Below are positions 1-14,590 of a DNA stretch of 64,000 bases, piece by piece. Within the stretch, counting starts at the first letter, position 1; every line of letters starts with the position of its first letter. The notes below the pieces were generated by a model that worked only from the letters and a program-made list of their open reading frames with translations, had not been told where the DNA came from and made no database searches. The stretch is from the human T2T-CHM13v2.0 reference genome, Homo sapiens. The stretch lies in the NCBI RefSeq assembly GCF_009914755.1, contig NC_060928.1. One strand, 5' to 3'. The translations under genes were made by a program, and so were the position numbers.

Positions 1-1149
1 ACAGAAGACACAGGACAGAGTTTAGAACTTGCTGATGTTCCCACAGCTCATGATACTTGAGAAAAGACCTAGATATTTTTTCACTTTTTATTGGCCACTT
101 CAATTCTTTGTATTGCTGAGTCTCTGAAGGCTTGATTTTTGCCTATGGATAAGAAAGTTTTGGGGTCTGATTTTTAGTTTTAAAACGTTTATTGTCTATT
201 CATAGATAACTTGTTTTATCTGCTTGTTACAGTGCCGCCTTCTGTTGAAGTTTCTTTTGACAGCTATTGGTCCCTATGTTTACCTCATGTGAATAAAGGA
301 AAACATCCTGGATGTACAGCAAAGTTTTTGAGTAAAAGAGTGAGATATTAGATCATTGCTAGCTGCTTACTCTTATTTCAGAAATAAAAATTTGAACTAT
401 CTCTTCTCAATGGTAAATATTTGGGGAATTAAATATACATCATTACAAAATTTTTGCTATTGTTTATTGAACACCTACCTGTTATAGAAGTCACTTGTTT
501 ACATGTGTTTGAAATAACATACAATATCAATGTGTATTAAGGTTTGTGTAAGAAATTCGCAATTCAGTTTACTACTAAAATTTTGCATAAAGACTTTCTT
601 AGGGGACAAATGTAGAGATTAAAGTAAATTTTTTAAAAAATCCACCTGTGGTATTTATTGAATGTAGAGTTGACAGCACTGAAATAGGCAAATTGGACTA
701 ACGTAAATCTGCCAAATATAACTTCAACCAAGTGTTTTTTTGCTTTTAACTTTCTCATTTGATAGAATTCTTTTACCAAAAATTGGCTACGAATGAGAGG
801 ACTGAGAATTGATGTCGAAACGTTTTTCTCTTAATATTTCTTGATCCGTTAAAAACAAATTATGGCTCCTGGAAGTCAGACAAAATTTCCATCAGGATTT
901 GTAAACTGGTTGGGATCACCTTATGTGAAACTTAAATGAGAGTGAAATGGGCGAGCATACTTCACTGACTTAGCGCTTGGTCCAGAATGAACTGCTGGCC
1001 CCACACTTGGGCCTGCTAACGTGTGCCCGTTCCCTGGGTGTTCTCTGCAGCTGGCCTAAGTGCCAAGCGATGTCCACAAGCTGAGCTCACTCCTGGAATA
1101 CACGTTCCTGGCCGTTCCATCTCTGAAGGTGTCACTTCTCTTTTTCCCC

Positions 1150-1930
1150 CCAGGGACCCTCTGAAGCTCCAGCAACTCCAGAACCAAATCCGACTGGAGC
1201 AGGAGGCCGGCGCTCGGCAGCCTCCGCCAGCCCCGCGCAGCGCGCCGCCCTCGCCCCCCTTCCCGCCGCCGCCCGCCTTCCCCGAGCTCGCGGCCTGCAC
1301 GCCGCCCGCGTCCCCGGAGCCCATGAGCGCGCTGGCCTCCCGCTCCGCCCCCGCCATGCAGTCCTCCGGCTCCTTCAACTACGCGCGCCCCAAGCAGTTC
1401 ATCGCCGCGCAGAACCTCGGGCCCGCGTCGGGCCACGGCACGCCGGCCTCCAGCCCCAGCTCGTCCAGCCTCCCGTCGCCCATGTCCCCGACGCCGAGGC
1501 AGTTCGGCCGCGCCCCCGTGCCGCCCTTCGCGCAGCCCTTCGGCGCTGAGCCCGAGGCCCCGTGGGGCTCCTCCTCGCCGTCGCCCCCGCCCCCGCCACC
1601 CCCGGTCTTCAGCCCCACGGCTGCCTTCCCGGTGCCCGACGTGTTCCCACTGCCGCCGCCACCACCGCCGCTCCCGAGCCCGGGACAGGCGTCCCACTGC
1701 TCGTCGCCTGCCACCCGCTTCGGCCACAGCCAGACGCCCGCGGCCTTCCTCAGCGCTCTGCTGCCCTCGCAGCCGCCGCCGGCGGCCGTCAACGCCCTGG
1801 GGCTGCCCAAGGGTGTCACCCCCGCGTGAGTAACCGCCGCGGTCCTCCACTTCCCTGCCCCTCCGCCTCGGGTCGCCCTGGGACTCCCACATCTCCATAC
1901 ACGCGCTCCCATCAGCCTGCAACCCAGAGC
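1150..1930. promoter_or_regulatory. Intragenic CpG island over the proline-rich exon
   Basis: Very high GC and dense CpG in contrast to AT-rich, CpG-poor flanks. Confidence 0.85.
1154..1825 (+). CDS. PALLD: Palladin proline-rich exon; coding throughout in long isoforms, translated from ATG 1323 (MSALASRSAPAMQSSG...) in the ~90 kDa isoform
   Basis: Acceptor ttttccccccag ends 1153; donor GC|gtgagt at 1826. Translation has FPPPP and FPLPPPPPP (Ena/VASP EVH1-type ligands) and FNYARPKQFIAAQ. Phase fits the next exon (GC+A = Ala). Confidence 0.96.
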
Positions 1931-4331
1931 GCCCCAGTAACATTTCACACATTTCTCTCCGTGCGATGTAAAAATTCTTAACGGCAATTTGACTCAGTGA
2001 TTCTTGCGTAGCCACTTAACATTATCAAAATCAGAACTTTTTCCTCTGAATTAATATGAGATTCTCATCAGGAACTATTCAAAATCTATGCAGTGCCCTC
2101 TCTTAATCATTATGGGGGGGGGGTGCTTAGCTATCATTTATTGAGCACTGTGCTAAGCAACTCACATGTATTATTTCATTTGATACAACATTCCTAAGAG
2201 GTAGCATTGCCCCAGTTAAAGTACTGAGGAGTCTAGGAGTTAAATAAATTGCCCAGGGTCACATAGCCACTAAACCGAGACACGAATCCATGCTCTCACC
2301 ACCAAACTATGTGTTTTATTATAATATTTCATGCCAGCATTACAATGGATGTGAAGGAGTTTGGTTATTAAGTATATACTTAGTGTTTTTGAAAAACCTT
2401 AATTAACAGATTTAAGAAATAAGCCTTTGTGTAAATCTAGTGATTGACTGGAAGGGGGCAAAAGCATGTAAATGTCTTTATGTTTTGATGTAGATAAATG
2501 AGGGTGTATGCAACCTAGTGGAGAAATTATGATGCCAGTTTTGTCCCTGGCCTGTGACCTCGAGATACATTACATGCCTCCTCTATCTCTTTCTGTTTGC
2601 AGGTGATCTAATATGTCTCTCTTTACATCACAGTGATGATGTGGCAGCCCTATGAGGTCTTTAAAATGGAAAATCTTTGAGGATAAATAACACCTACAGA
2701 AGTACAGTAAAATCCTCAAAAAAATACAGTACAGGTGTTAGGCATGTTTGGTTGAAGAGTAAAATGAGTAAATGCTAGTACTTACTCATTTTACTGAAGA
2801 TTTCAAAAATGAGGAAGTGCTCACAAAGGTTAAGCCAGCACCCATATCTCAACTCTTCCTTCTGAAATCCTACTTCAGAGTTTGCCAGAAGCATACTATT
2901 GTTCAGAGAGAAAAAGAAGGAACTCTACTAAACAGTAAAAAGGAGAAGATCTTAGAATTCAAGTTATTTTCATTCATCTATAAAAGTGTTCCATTGCTAG
3001 GATACACTAATGCCACCTTAAAGGCAAGCATTGCTATGTCGGGCCTCGACAAAGGTGTACCAGGCAGCTTCAGTTAGCAATGCTTCTTTTGTTGGGCACT
3101 TCCTAAATGTTGATTACATTAATTTGAAATGTGGCTTCTTCTCAAATCCTTATTGGGTGAAACACAGTCCAATGAATATATAAAGAAACAAGTCCAAAAA
3201 AGGAGCCAAATATAGTAATGATGTGATAATGGACTTCTGTTGAAAGTTGTCAGTCAACTTGTCTGAGGAGAACCTTTGTCCTTCTCCCTTGTTTTTTCTC
3301 TTTGAGCTTTTATTTAGCTGTTAGAAAAGGAAGTGTATTATCTTGGTACAAAGAAGCTGTTAGAGAGACCCAAAGAGCCAGAGTTTGTTGCATGACACTT
3401 TTTCATCCTCTCTCATTAAAAGGGTACCAAGTCTTGCTTCCCAGGAAGAGGAGTACTGTGTAAATAATCTGTTCTAATATTTCTCTTATAGAATTTGATC
3501 AAAGATTCGTTTTTCAAAGGTGGTGATGATTGTGCCATTTATCATTTGTAGTAGAAACAGCAGTTTGTGCTGATCAGTGACTTTGAAACCTTCTTAAGAT
3601 AAGCAAGTTTTAATGGCTTACCTCAAGTAACAGGAGCACTTGCTTCTTGTCAGCATCTATCACAGTGACTCATTTTATGGAGTCAAAATAGCTTATAATT
3701 GTTACCACAAGAGTCCAGTCGTTCCTGCCATTTCTTAAAAATTAATGGAGAAGTCGTGCCGATTTTGTGGCCATGGAAAACTGTACCCAAAGATAGTGAA
3801 GTGCTGTGACATCAAAGTGGCAATACCAGACTACAGATTTTTAGCTCCATGCCTGCTCAGTAAGCCATTATTATGTGGTTACCGTTTTGTCCTCAAGGAA
3901 TTTTCCTGTTGCTAAATCACGCATACTTGAAGAATTCATTATTTTGGTTTGATAAATGTGTCTTTTGAAACATGTTTTTCCTCTGGCATACTATGGGATC
4001 TGTCATTTGCATTCTGAATTAAAAACAAAAATGTTACTATTTTTGTTTACCATAATAATCCAAATAATTTGCCAAAGATTGAGTGTCCCTATCAGGGCTG
4101 CCATGACTTTGGCATCCTGGAACTTGCAGGAACTGCCAAGTTATCATAAGATGTATATATTCAGTTTCACTTATAAGTGTTATTTCTTTAGCTGGATAGT
4201 TTTGCCATATATATCAAGTACCAACAAATTGGTTGATTATATGTAACACAATGAAGTAGAAATTCATTAGGTTTTTTTCACTTGCCTTGTTTTACCAAAA
4301 TCTTAAATGTAAATTTCCAATATCTTAGTTT

Positions 4332-4633
4332 TCTTTTCTTTTCTTTTCTTTTTTTCTGAGACAGTCTTGTTCTGTTGTCCAGGCTGGAATGCAGTGGTGC
4401 AATTGCAGCTCACTGCCACCTCCGCCTCTGGGTTCCAACAATTCATGCCTCAGCCACCTAAATAGCTGGGATTACAGGTGTGGGCCATCACGTCCGTCTA
4501 GTTTTTGTATTTTTAGTAGAGATGGGGTTTCACCATGATGGCCAGGCTGGTTTCAAACTTCTGACCTCAGGTGATCCGCCTGCCTTGGCCTCTCAAAGTG
4601 CTGGGATTACAGGCCTGAGCCACTGTGTCCAGT
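4332..4633 (-). mobile_element. Alu
   Basis: Reverse Alu with T-rich tail; flanking tcttagttt direct repeat. Confidence 0.93.
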
Positions 4634-4867
4634 CTCTCTTAGTTTGCTTAATCATACTTGTATACTTGCTGTTTTATTCTGTTTGTTTCACACTGTTCTT
4701 ATTTTCATCTGTAGACAGGAAGGTTAGTAAGTACTAAGTTTCTAAACAGTCTGTGGAGATAAGGTTCTGTTTTTCATATGTTTGGGTAGCAGAGGTCAAA
4801 GCAGGGAACAAAGGTCATGGATGTCAGTGATAAACCACAAAGCCGAGGCAAAAGACAGTAAATCTGG

Positions 4868-5011
4868 GGAAGAAAGGCATTTGAGGAACTGTATGTATAG
4901 AAGTTCCCCAGACCGCAGTCAACCAACTGCATGCTGTTCTGTGAGCCGGAGAGAGGTTGACTGCGGTCTGGGGAACTTCTATACATACAGTTCCTCAAAT
5001 GCCTTTCTTCC
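4868..5011. repeat. Perfect inverted repeat: 57-bp arms, 30-nt spacer
   Basis: 4868-4924 is the exact reverse complement of 4955-5011; the + and - ORFs here share identical peptides. Confidence 0.98.
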
Positions 5012-6289
5012 TTTATGCTACATCTTCCCCAAATTTACTGGGGTCACTGGCAAAATATTGCCCTGCACAAAGCTGTCAACAGATACAAATATTAAGTTGA
5101 CAAACTCTTTTAGATGGAGGCAGTAAGGAGAGCATGCCTTAGAGAGAAATCTGTTTGCACTTTTATAAAATTAATGTATTCTATTCCCCTCACTATTGCT
5201 GGTAAGTTGGTGTTACAGCCTCCATTGCTGTAACCATGTTTCTCCACATAGTAAATCAGCCCTAAGACACAGAAGAAACCCAGAAGATTTGGCAGTGCCG
5301 ACAGGCATAGTGTGGCAGTTCTGCTCTGCTGGTCTCTGAGTGGCCATACTAAGTCTGAAGGGTGAATCAGATCAGACCCATCCCTGGAACCAGACTGGCA
5401 CTGTTTCTTTTGCCATCTTCACATTCTTGGAATCTGTGCTCATAAGGGAGTGCCACATAGCCACAGTGCCACAATGTTGTATGCTCTTAACTACCTCTTT
5501 TATATAAGCAGGGCTTTGGTTTGAAATGTTGCCCCATGTTTGTCACAAAGAAGAGCATGTGTCAATAAGAGCTTTTATACAGATGTATTAATGACAGCTT
5601 TTATTATATAGGCCCACAGCTCCTTATGGACATTATCTCATTGTCGCTCTCTTTCTCCCTCATAGGAAACGGGTAGGTGGGGACACTATCATCGTTACTC
5701 AAGAGGTGACGGGATTTCCCAGGGTTCTGGAAGAAATGCCTGAGCAAGGAGAGCATAGCGTGACTTAGGTTCATCTCAAATAACTCTAATGTCTAACATT
5801 TCTTGATTAAAGAAAGCTGTTGTAGAAGCAGCAAATCAGAATCCCCGAGTCAAGGAAAACTTTGTAACAAATTTAACTGTACTTTAAGATTCATGACACA
5901 GGGCATTTTCACCAGTTTTCAAGTCAAGACTGTGGTTAGATAGTAACCAGTGAAAAAGAATCCAACAGATACAAGCCGCAATGTACTTTGCAGACATCTC
6001 ATCTACCTATCTTTCTCCTATTTTTCAGGAAACAGATAGTGGGGGGCTTTTCATTCTCTGACCTGAAGGGGTTGGAGGTGTTATTACTGGGCTCATTAGG
6101 GTCCAGTATCTTATCAAGTTGTATCCAATCCTGGACAAGTATTTACCAACAAATTAGTAGGCAAGGCCTCCAGGATCTGCTGCGACTGGGTTATTCTGTT
6201 GAAATGTCTCTGCCCCTGGGGCAGCTCAAAATCAGACCTGTACGGCTGTGTACCAAGTTGTACAGAATGAATGAACAGAAGTAACCCGA

Positions 6290-6602
<313 letters not shown>

Positions 6603-8784
6603 TTACAATAAAGTTATCTATTTTCCTTTAAATATGAGCTTAAGTTACCCATTTTTTGTACTTTAACAGCCTTTGCTTTACCGTAAAATTCAGTAAAAGG
6701 AAAACAGAATTGATATACAAAAGCTCAGTTTGTATATCTTGGGCTCTTTTATATATTAATACATTACATTCTTGAATATAAGTGATATTTAAATGCCAAC
6801 ATGTTAATGAGTTTGCTCACTCTGAAATTTTGTGGAATTTAGTTACCATCAGATTTCACTGAATGTGAGAAGAGTAGAATAAGAGGACTTGTAATAGTTA
6901 AATTCTCTGGTTGATTCTGGTACCTTATCTCTTTAATCAATATTGTGCTCTGGAAATTTGAGTTTCTGAAATCTGCTCACAGAATTGACCTGCAATAGCA
7001 TATCAAGGGAAGGATGCTTTCAAGATTATTCAGTAGCCAAAAAAAGAGACCTCTTGGGATTTGGTGGTGATTGAATCTGGAAAATTTTACCTTCCAGATG
7101 CTTGTGTATATGTTTGAGATGTTTTTATCCCAACCACATGAATATTGTTTTTAAATGACAAATGACTTACTGTTAAAGCCAGAGTAAACAGATCAGTAAT
7201 GTTTTTTGTACAGTTGGGCTGAGTGTGTATACAATGAAGTATTTAGTGCAGGAGGCCTGTTACAAATTGTTTATTGGTTAAGGTTTGCCTCTGAGTATGG
7301 ATTTTTGTGAAGAGTTCTGGTTTTGGTAACTACTAACTTTGAATACTATTTTATTTTTTTTTAATTGTGCAAACCATCAAAAAAAAAAAGGAGATCATGT
7401 CTTTGTCACCACTCTTTTTATTTCCTAATGAGTTGCTACTCTTCATTTATCAAAAGAAGGTGCCACTTCAGGGAGCAGAACTACAACCATCTTACATTAA
7501 ACTCTAACATAGCATTAGTTTTATAGGAAAACAAACTCAGTTGCCAAATTTTTGCCTCAAAACTTATAACTGCTTTTCTTTCCTCATGCCTCCCCTTTCA
7601 AAATACTCCACTTTTATTTCTAACTCTCACCTTGCATGCTACCCCTAAACCCTGTCCTCAACTTTTAATTTCGTAAAGTGTTTCTGAATTACGTTAGTCC
7701 AGTGAGATGCTCTGAAAAAGAGAAGAGGTTCCATATTAGAATAAGTGTGAGAAAACTGTATTCCATACCTCTTTCCTCAGGGTTCACAGTGCCCATCCGT
7801 TGGCCCTGCCAGGCTGGTTCTGGTCACAGGACCTCTGCACTGCCAAGCTCTCCCTGTAGGTCTCACATAGCCAGCCACTTCCTATGGTTTAGGCCACCAC
7901 TGTAGAGTCACCTCCTCAGAAGTCTGATGGACCACACTGTCTGATACAGTCATCTGCTCATACTTCTGTCCTTTCATTGCGTTTACCACCTCCTGATATG
8001 TCTTGCCTTCCATTCTTTTCTCTTATCTCTTTCTGCCATATCCACCATAAAAATACAATTTTTCTAACTATTGTGACCTAGTTCAACATTGTATTTCTAG
8101 CACCTAGAACAGAGTTGAACACTGAGAAGGCAATCAGTAAGGGTTATTTGCACATTCTTGTAAATTCTGGTCAAGAATTCTTGGCATCTTTTTAAACTCC
8201 TTCCCCTCTTCCATTCTGTTTATCTCAGCCAATCTTGTCTCTGTGACTTACTTCCATGCTGAATATTTTCTGTTTGCCACTTCAGATCCACTCTTACTAC
8301 ACCAGGCGCTGTTCTAAGTGTTTAGTACACATTAGTTCATGTAGTTTACCCAGTGATCGCATCAGATACGAGCTGTTAATACCCACATTTTACAAAGGAG
8401 GAAACTGAGACATATGGTCATTAGGTCACTAGCCCAAACCACACAGCTTTTAAGTGGTTAAAACAAAACAAACAAACAAAAAAACAGGTTATCACGTCTG
8501 TTTCTTTATTCACGCTGACTCTGAATTTCTTCTTCTTCTCCACTCTACTTGTCTACATCCTTGTCATCTTTCAAGGGCTTATAACTTGCCTCTTTCATGG
8601 AGTCTTCTGCAGTCATTCTAGCCAGCACTGTTTTCTGTTTCTTTTTTATTCCCATTGCATCTAGAATTGGTACCACATGGTTTGCTCCTTAACTTATTCC
8701 CCAACTTGGTTATTAGCCTTTGTGATCAAGGACCATCCTTTAGGATGTGGGGGGGTCTTTGCCATCTCACTTAAATAATGTTGA

Positions 8785-8891
8785 GTGCTTGCTTTGGCAG
8801 TGTGAATACTAAAATTGCAATGATACAGAGAAGATTAGCATGGCCTCTGTGCAAGGATGACACACAAAGTCATGAAGTACTCTGTATTTTT
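8785..8891 (+). pseudogene. U6 snRNA pseudogene (full length, diverged)
   Basis: gtgcttgctttggcag...atacagagaagattagcatggc...aaggatgacacacaaa...tatttt aligns with U6 including the ACAGAGA box; CpG-decay substitutions. Confidence 0.93.
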
Positions 8892-9707
8892 AAACCATAT
8901 AGCCTCTATGAAACTGCCATTTTTGTAAGTTAAAAATGTTCAAATATTAATCGTTGTAAATAATTGCCCACTGGAATGTTTTCTTATTCCCCCTCAAGTT
9001 TCAATTTCAAGCACTGACTGCTAAGATTGGCATGTCTCCAGCCACGTACATTTGCAAAAAGTCAGATTTGCAATGTAATATGTCATGGAGCTCATGCTTG
9101 TTGAAGAGAATCTTTGATAGGCTGGACACATTCATTTTAGTAGGAGGCAGAGGTGGCCTAACAGCAAACTCTAGGTTCAGGATCTAATTTTCATAGCCTT
9201 CAAGGATGAATGCAATATAAACTGTGTAGTAGATTGTGATGCTCATTCCAACTAGGGAGGCAAGCATTTGTACCTGCTATCTACAAGGCACCAAATAATG
9301 CATGTGTCACCATTGCTATAAATTGTCCTCTTCCAGGACCTAACTATTTGGGTAAAGAACCTACAGTTCCCATCACCACCTATGTATGTATGTACAAACA
9401 TAAATTAGTCCAAATTCTAATTTTCTCTTATTTTTCTTTGTGGAAAAACAGATAAGAAAGCTCAGTAAAGGAAGATATAAGCAATTAATGTTACAGTTCT
9501 TCAATATAATAATTTGAATTAAATGTACTAAGAAGCAAAAACTATTAGTGTTGAGACTATCATGATGAAGCTTTTGGTTTTTTTAATATATTTTCATTTT
9601 TATGCATAAAATCTTAATACATAGAATTCCATGATGTCATCAGGCATTAACAATCACTTACCTTAGAAACCAACTCTTTTTTTCTAGGCTTAACAGGGTT
9701 TGTATTA

Positions 9708-10085
<378 letters not shown>

Positions 10086-10266
10086 CATATTTCAGTTTAT
10101 TTTTATTTCTGTGTTAATTGTTTAGAACCAAGAAAATATGAGTACCTTAAATTCTGTAAGTAAAGAGGAAAATGTCTTTAACATTGTAGGAAATTAGGAA
10201 TTAAGTAACTGCCCTTCATACTGGTAATCTTGATATGTTGAAGGAAGTGACTTGTTATAAGATAGA

Positions 10267-10584
<318 letters not shown>

Positions 10585-11734
10585 TCAGTTTTTACTTGAG
10601 CCAAAGACTAATTGTAATTATACCCTTTGAAAGGATAAATTACCCTTGTGGCAGGGACACAAACCAAGGTGACAACTCTATGGAATGTTCCAGAGCAGTT
10701 GTTCTAAGTCCCTTTAAGAGTCAAATATACTGAGAAATGCTTCCCAAGGAACAGGACTTATTCTACAGTGAATAGACAGGTATTTTCTTGTCCAAGGGAA
10801 CTTGTGGCTGACTTTTAAAAACCAGTTCTCCGCTCCTCCGATTGAGATGACCTGTTCTGACCTTGATGGTCTCCCTGTCTCCCCTTTCTTTCTCATTTGT
10901 GCTGAGAACACAGCTCTTAGTGTAGTCTACCTGCAGAAACACAGTGGTGCCTTCTGTCATTGAAGGCTGCTCATCAGCACATAGTTGTTCTATGGTCTAC
11001 ATCGCACAGGCTTAGAGTAATAATGGGAATGTGTGTGTTCCCAGTCCTTGCTGATGTAACAGAGAGCTGGCTGCCTTCAGTTTACCTTTAAGATGACTTC
11101 AAAACCTAGCTCTTCTAGTTCTCAGATGTAAGGCTGTAGTGAAATGCAGAGAACTTCACTTCCAAAATTGTATAATTTTTACTTGTCCTGGGCCTGACTT
11201 TTTACATAGGGTCTGATTTCACATGGCTCTGGCACAAGTTTTCTTGACTGAGGAAGGGAGGGGAGAGAGAAATCAGAAGTAGAGATGGACAGTACATCCA
11301 TTCACTCATTTCAGAAATATTATTTGAGTGTCTGTTAACAGCACTGTGATTAACAAAGGAGCCATGGTAAGGGAGAGACAATATGAAAAAATAGTAGAGT
11401 GATAGATGCTATCAGGAAAACAACTAATGGGACAAGCTTAGTCAGGGACATCCTTTCCAAGGAGTCATTAAGCTGAAGACTGATGATAACAACCCCAGAT
11501 AAAGGAGTAGGAGGGGAGAGAGGTTCCAGGCTTGGGAAAACTAGCAAACTATGCACGTGTTTGTTAAAGGATTCCATGGTACTAGAAATTGAAGTTATAA
11601 ATAATTCCTATGGTTCTTACTGTCTCAGGGTCTCCTTAAATATCAAAATGAGTTTGTAAAGTCTAGTGTTACCTTATTTGAACTTCAGGGCAAATGACTA
11701 AAAGGGACAAACCTAGAATAGCAGGTTTTAATCA

Positions 11735-12330
11735 GTTAGCATATTTTCCACTGTAGGTATCAGAAGACTCAACTACAAGGAGATTCGATGCACAGGGTTT
11801 ACTGACTTATGAAACAAGTCTGGGGTAGGGTAGTTCCATGGTAGGTTAAGACAGTGCCCCCAAAACATTATCAGGGCCCAGGTATTCTCCATCTTTTCAG
11901 TCTATCATCATTGGCACATATGGGTTCTCCTCTTACAGTTATGGAGTGAACAATGCCGCTTTTGACATTGCATTTCTGACACAGTGATATCCAGTGAAAG
12001 AAGAGGGGCATTTCTTCCTTCTGTTTCTTTTCAGAGATGAGAGAATTTTAACTAGAGCACCTCCACCCTCTGACTACCCCCCACTCCTCCAGTCTCATTG
12101 GCCCAGGCTATATCGCATGCCTTTGGCCAAACTAATCACTCTCGAGGGGATTGAGACCATTTAAATTGGCGTACATTAATTACCCCCTGAGTCTGGGGAG
12201 GGGGATCACATTTCTATAAGCACATTGAAGGGTGAACACTCAGCAAAATTAGGAAAAAATTCAGCAAGGAAACAAAGGGGAGTGGCCAAGAGGAAAGAAC
12301 AGCTGTTGGGAAGACCAGGAGCACAGGCCT
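11735..12330. mobile_element. Ancient MaLR LTR fragment (MLT1J/K-like)
   Basis: Patchy similarity to recalled MLT1 consensus (tctcattggccc...catgcc...aatcact). Confidence 0.45.
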
Positions 12331-12565
12331 CAGGAGTGCATGGCATCATGACTTAGGAGGGACGGTGGCAGAGTCTTTACAGGATCCTCAGAGTTTCTGC
12401 TGCATACTTAGTGACTGTTTTGTTCCCAGCACTGGTGGGTGAAACCGTGAACCCAGTGTTTAGGTACATTCTTAGCCTTACTTGTGCTTTCTACTGTATC
12501 AGTGAAGTGACATGAGGCACACAGTGCCTTGACGCTTTGGCAGTAAAGTTTTGTTTGTTTGCTTT

Positions 12566-12915
<350 letters not shown>

Positions 12916-13141
12916 TGAAATATCTTATCATGAACTATGTAATATAAATAAGGAAGTATATACAATTTATACGTATACCTCAATAAAATGAAATTCTTAT
13001 CCATTTCTAGTACCTTTGAAGCCCCCATTTGACCCTCCCCAATTGCATCCACTACTCTCCCTGAGAGGTAACTGCTACCCTGAATTTCTGAGTTAATGAT
13101 TCTCTTCTCTTCATGGTTTTACCATGTATGTATGCTCCCCT

Positions 13142-13323
13142 CAGTTTCTTTCTAAAACTTTTGCATGTAACACCTAGAGAACTTGTTAAAACACAGATTG
13201 CTGGGCCCCAACTCTGAATTTGTGATTCAGTAGGTCTGGAGTGATGCCAAAAATCTGCATTTCTAACAACTTCAGGTCATGCTAATGCTGCTGGTCCAGG
13301 GACCACACCTTGAGAACCACTGC
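13142..13323. mobile_element. MER5A-like hAT DNA transposon relic
   Basis: cagattgctgggccc...tcagtaggtctgg...ctgcatttctaacaa...ggaccacaccttgagaaccactg. Confidence 0.8.
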
Positions 13324-14352
13324 TGTAGCAGGGGGCTGTTTTGCTTTTGCCTGTTTATAAATACAAGTATATCATATATATTCTTCTGTGACTTGCTTTT
13401 TTTCACCGGAACTTTGTTTTTGAAGTTCAGCTTTGTTGATATGGGTAGCGATAGGTCAATTCATTTCCCCATTGCTTAGTATTCTATTTCTCATTAATTT
13501 TTGCCCACTGCCCTATGAGGGAAGAGGAAGAAAAATAGGAAGCAACTTGCTTAAGGCACCAACAGAAGTGATTCTGTACCCCTCAAGCATCCAGCACCAA
13601 TGACCCTTGGCTCACACAGCTCAGGTCATTGTTGCTGCCTTTGGAAGGAAAGAGGCAGTGAGATATCACCTGTCCTAAGAGCCCTGGCCTCACCAGAAGT
13701 TCAGGAGGCTTTGAGACACCAGGCACAGCAGGACCTGCAGACCTCCCAGAGCCCTCTTGTATAAAATAGACCTCAAATAACATTGGCCTACCCTAATCAA
13801 ATCAGGATATAAGGGGATGGAAGGGAAGGTAACAAACTTAATATTGATTTCAAATGGGCTAGGCACTATTGTTGAATAATGATTACAAAGCACTAGAAGA
13901 CTGAATAAAAGTATGATAAAAATACGTTCTCTTTCAACCTCTCAACATTCATATGTGGTATATATTTTTTTAAAACTTGCCCAAGGTCACAAACTTAATA
14001 CGAGATAGAGTCAGATTTTAAACCTAGCTCTACTTATAAATCATATCATTCTTTCACTTTATGCTGCCGCCTCGCTAAGACTTAAATGTAGGCCTTCCCC
14101 ATCCTTGGCATCTACCTACCCACTAAGGCATACTCCCCTAATGTATGTGAACCTTCTCTGAAACCTGGATCCAATTAGTGTTACCTGAACCAGCTTTCAT
14201 GGTTCTTTCCATCATAGTTGCAACAGATGTAGCATAAAAAATAGTGGGAGTGACATGCTGATACCTTGCACTGTCTTTGTTGGACTTGAACGTTTGACTT
14301 GGATTTATATGCCTGACAACTAACTATACTGCCTTGTGTTTTTATCCTGCAG

Positions 14353-14488
14353 AGGATTTCCAAAGAAGGCCAGTAGAACTGCTAGAATAGCCTCCGATGA
14401 GGAAATTCAAGGCACAAAGGATGCTGTTATTCAAGACCTGGAACGAAAACTTCGCTTCAAGGAGGACCTCCTGAACAATGGCCAGCCG
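14353..14488 (+). CDS. PALLD: Palladin exon (GFPKKASRTARIASDEEIQ...LLNNGQP)
   Basis: tcctgcag| acceptor, CCG|gtactg donor, 136 nt, frame continuous with both neighbours. Confidence 0.96.
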
Positions 14489-14590
14489 GTACTGATAGAT
14501 TTGGGACCTGGACTTGGAATGTTAGCTACCCACATACCTTTCTTCCTTTCTCTAAGACTTAGGTTCTTGATATTTGTCCACAACATCATC

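Noticed and set aside
1023-1153. N-terminal extension of the 268-aa ORF from a GTG start
   Set aside because: Lies upstream of the splice acceptor at 1153, so it is intronic
1016-2015. Long - strand and alternative-frame ORFs (319, 202, 139, 120 aa)
   Set aside because: Shadows of a GC-rich coding exon where stop codons are rare; low-complexity G/R/A composition
2581-2770. Strong acceptor-like sequence ttctgtttgcag at 2602
   Set aside because: No convincing donor or open frame follows; such pseudo-sites are common
5645-5678. Microexon-like ag|gaaacgg|gtaggt
   Set aside because: 7 nt, frame-shifting, no supporting evidence
8785-8891. Functional U6 gene
   Set aside because: Many substitutions and no recognisable upstream PSE/TATA promoter
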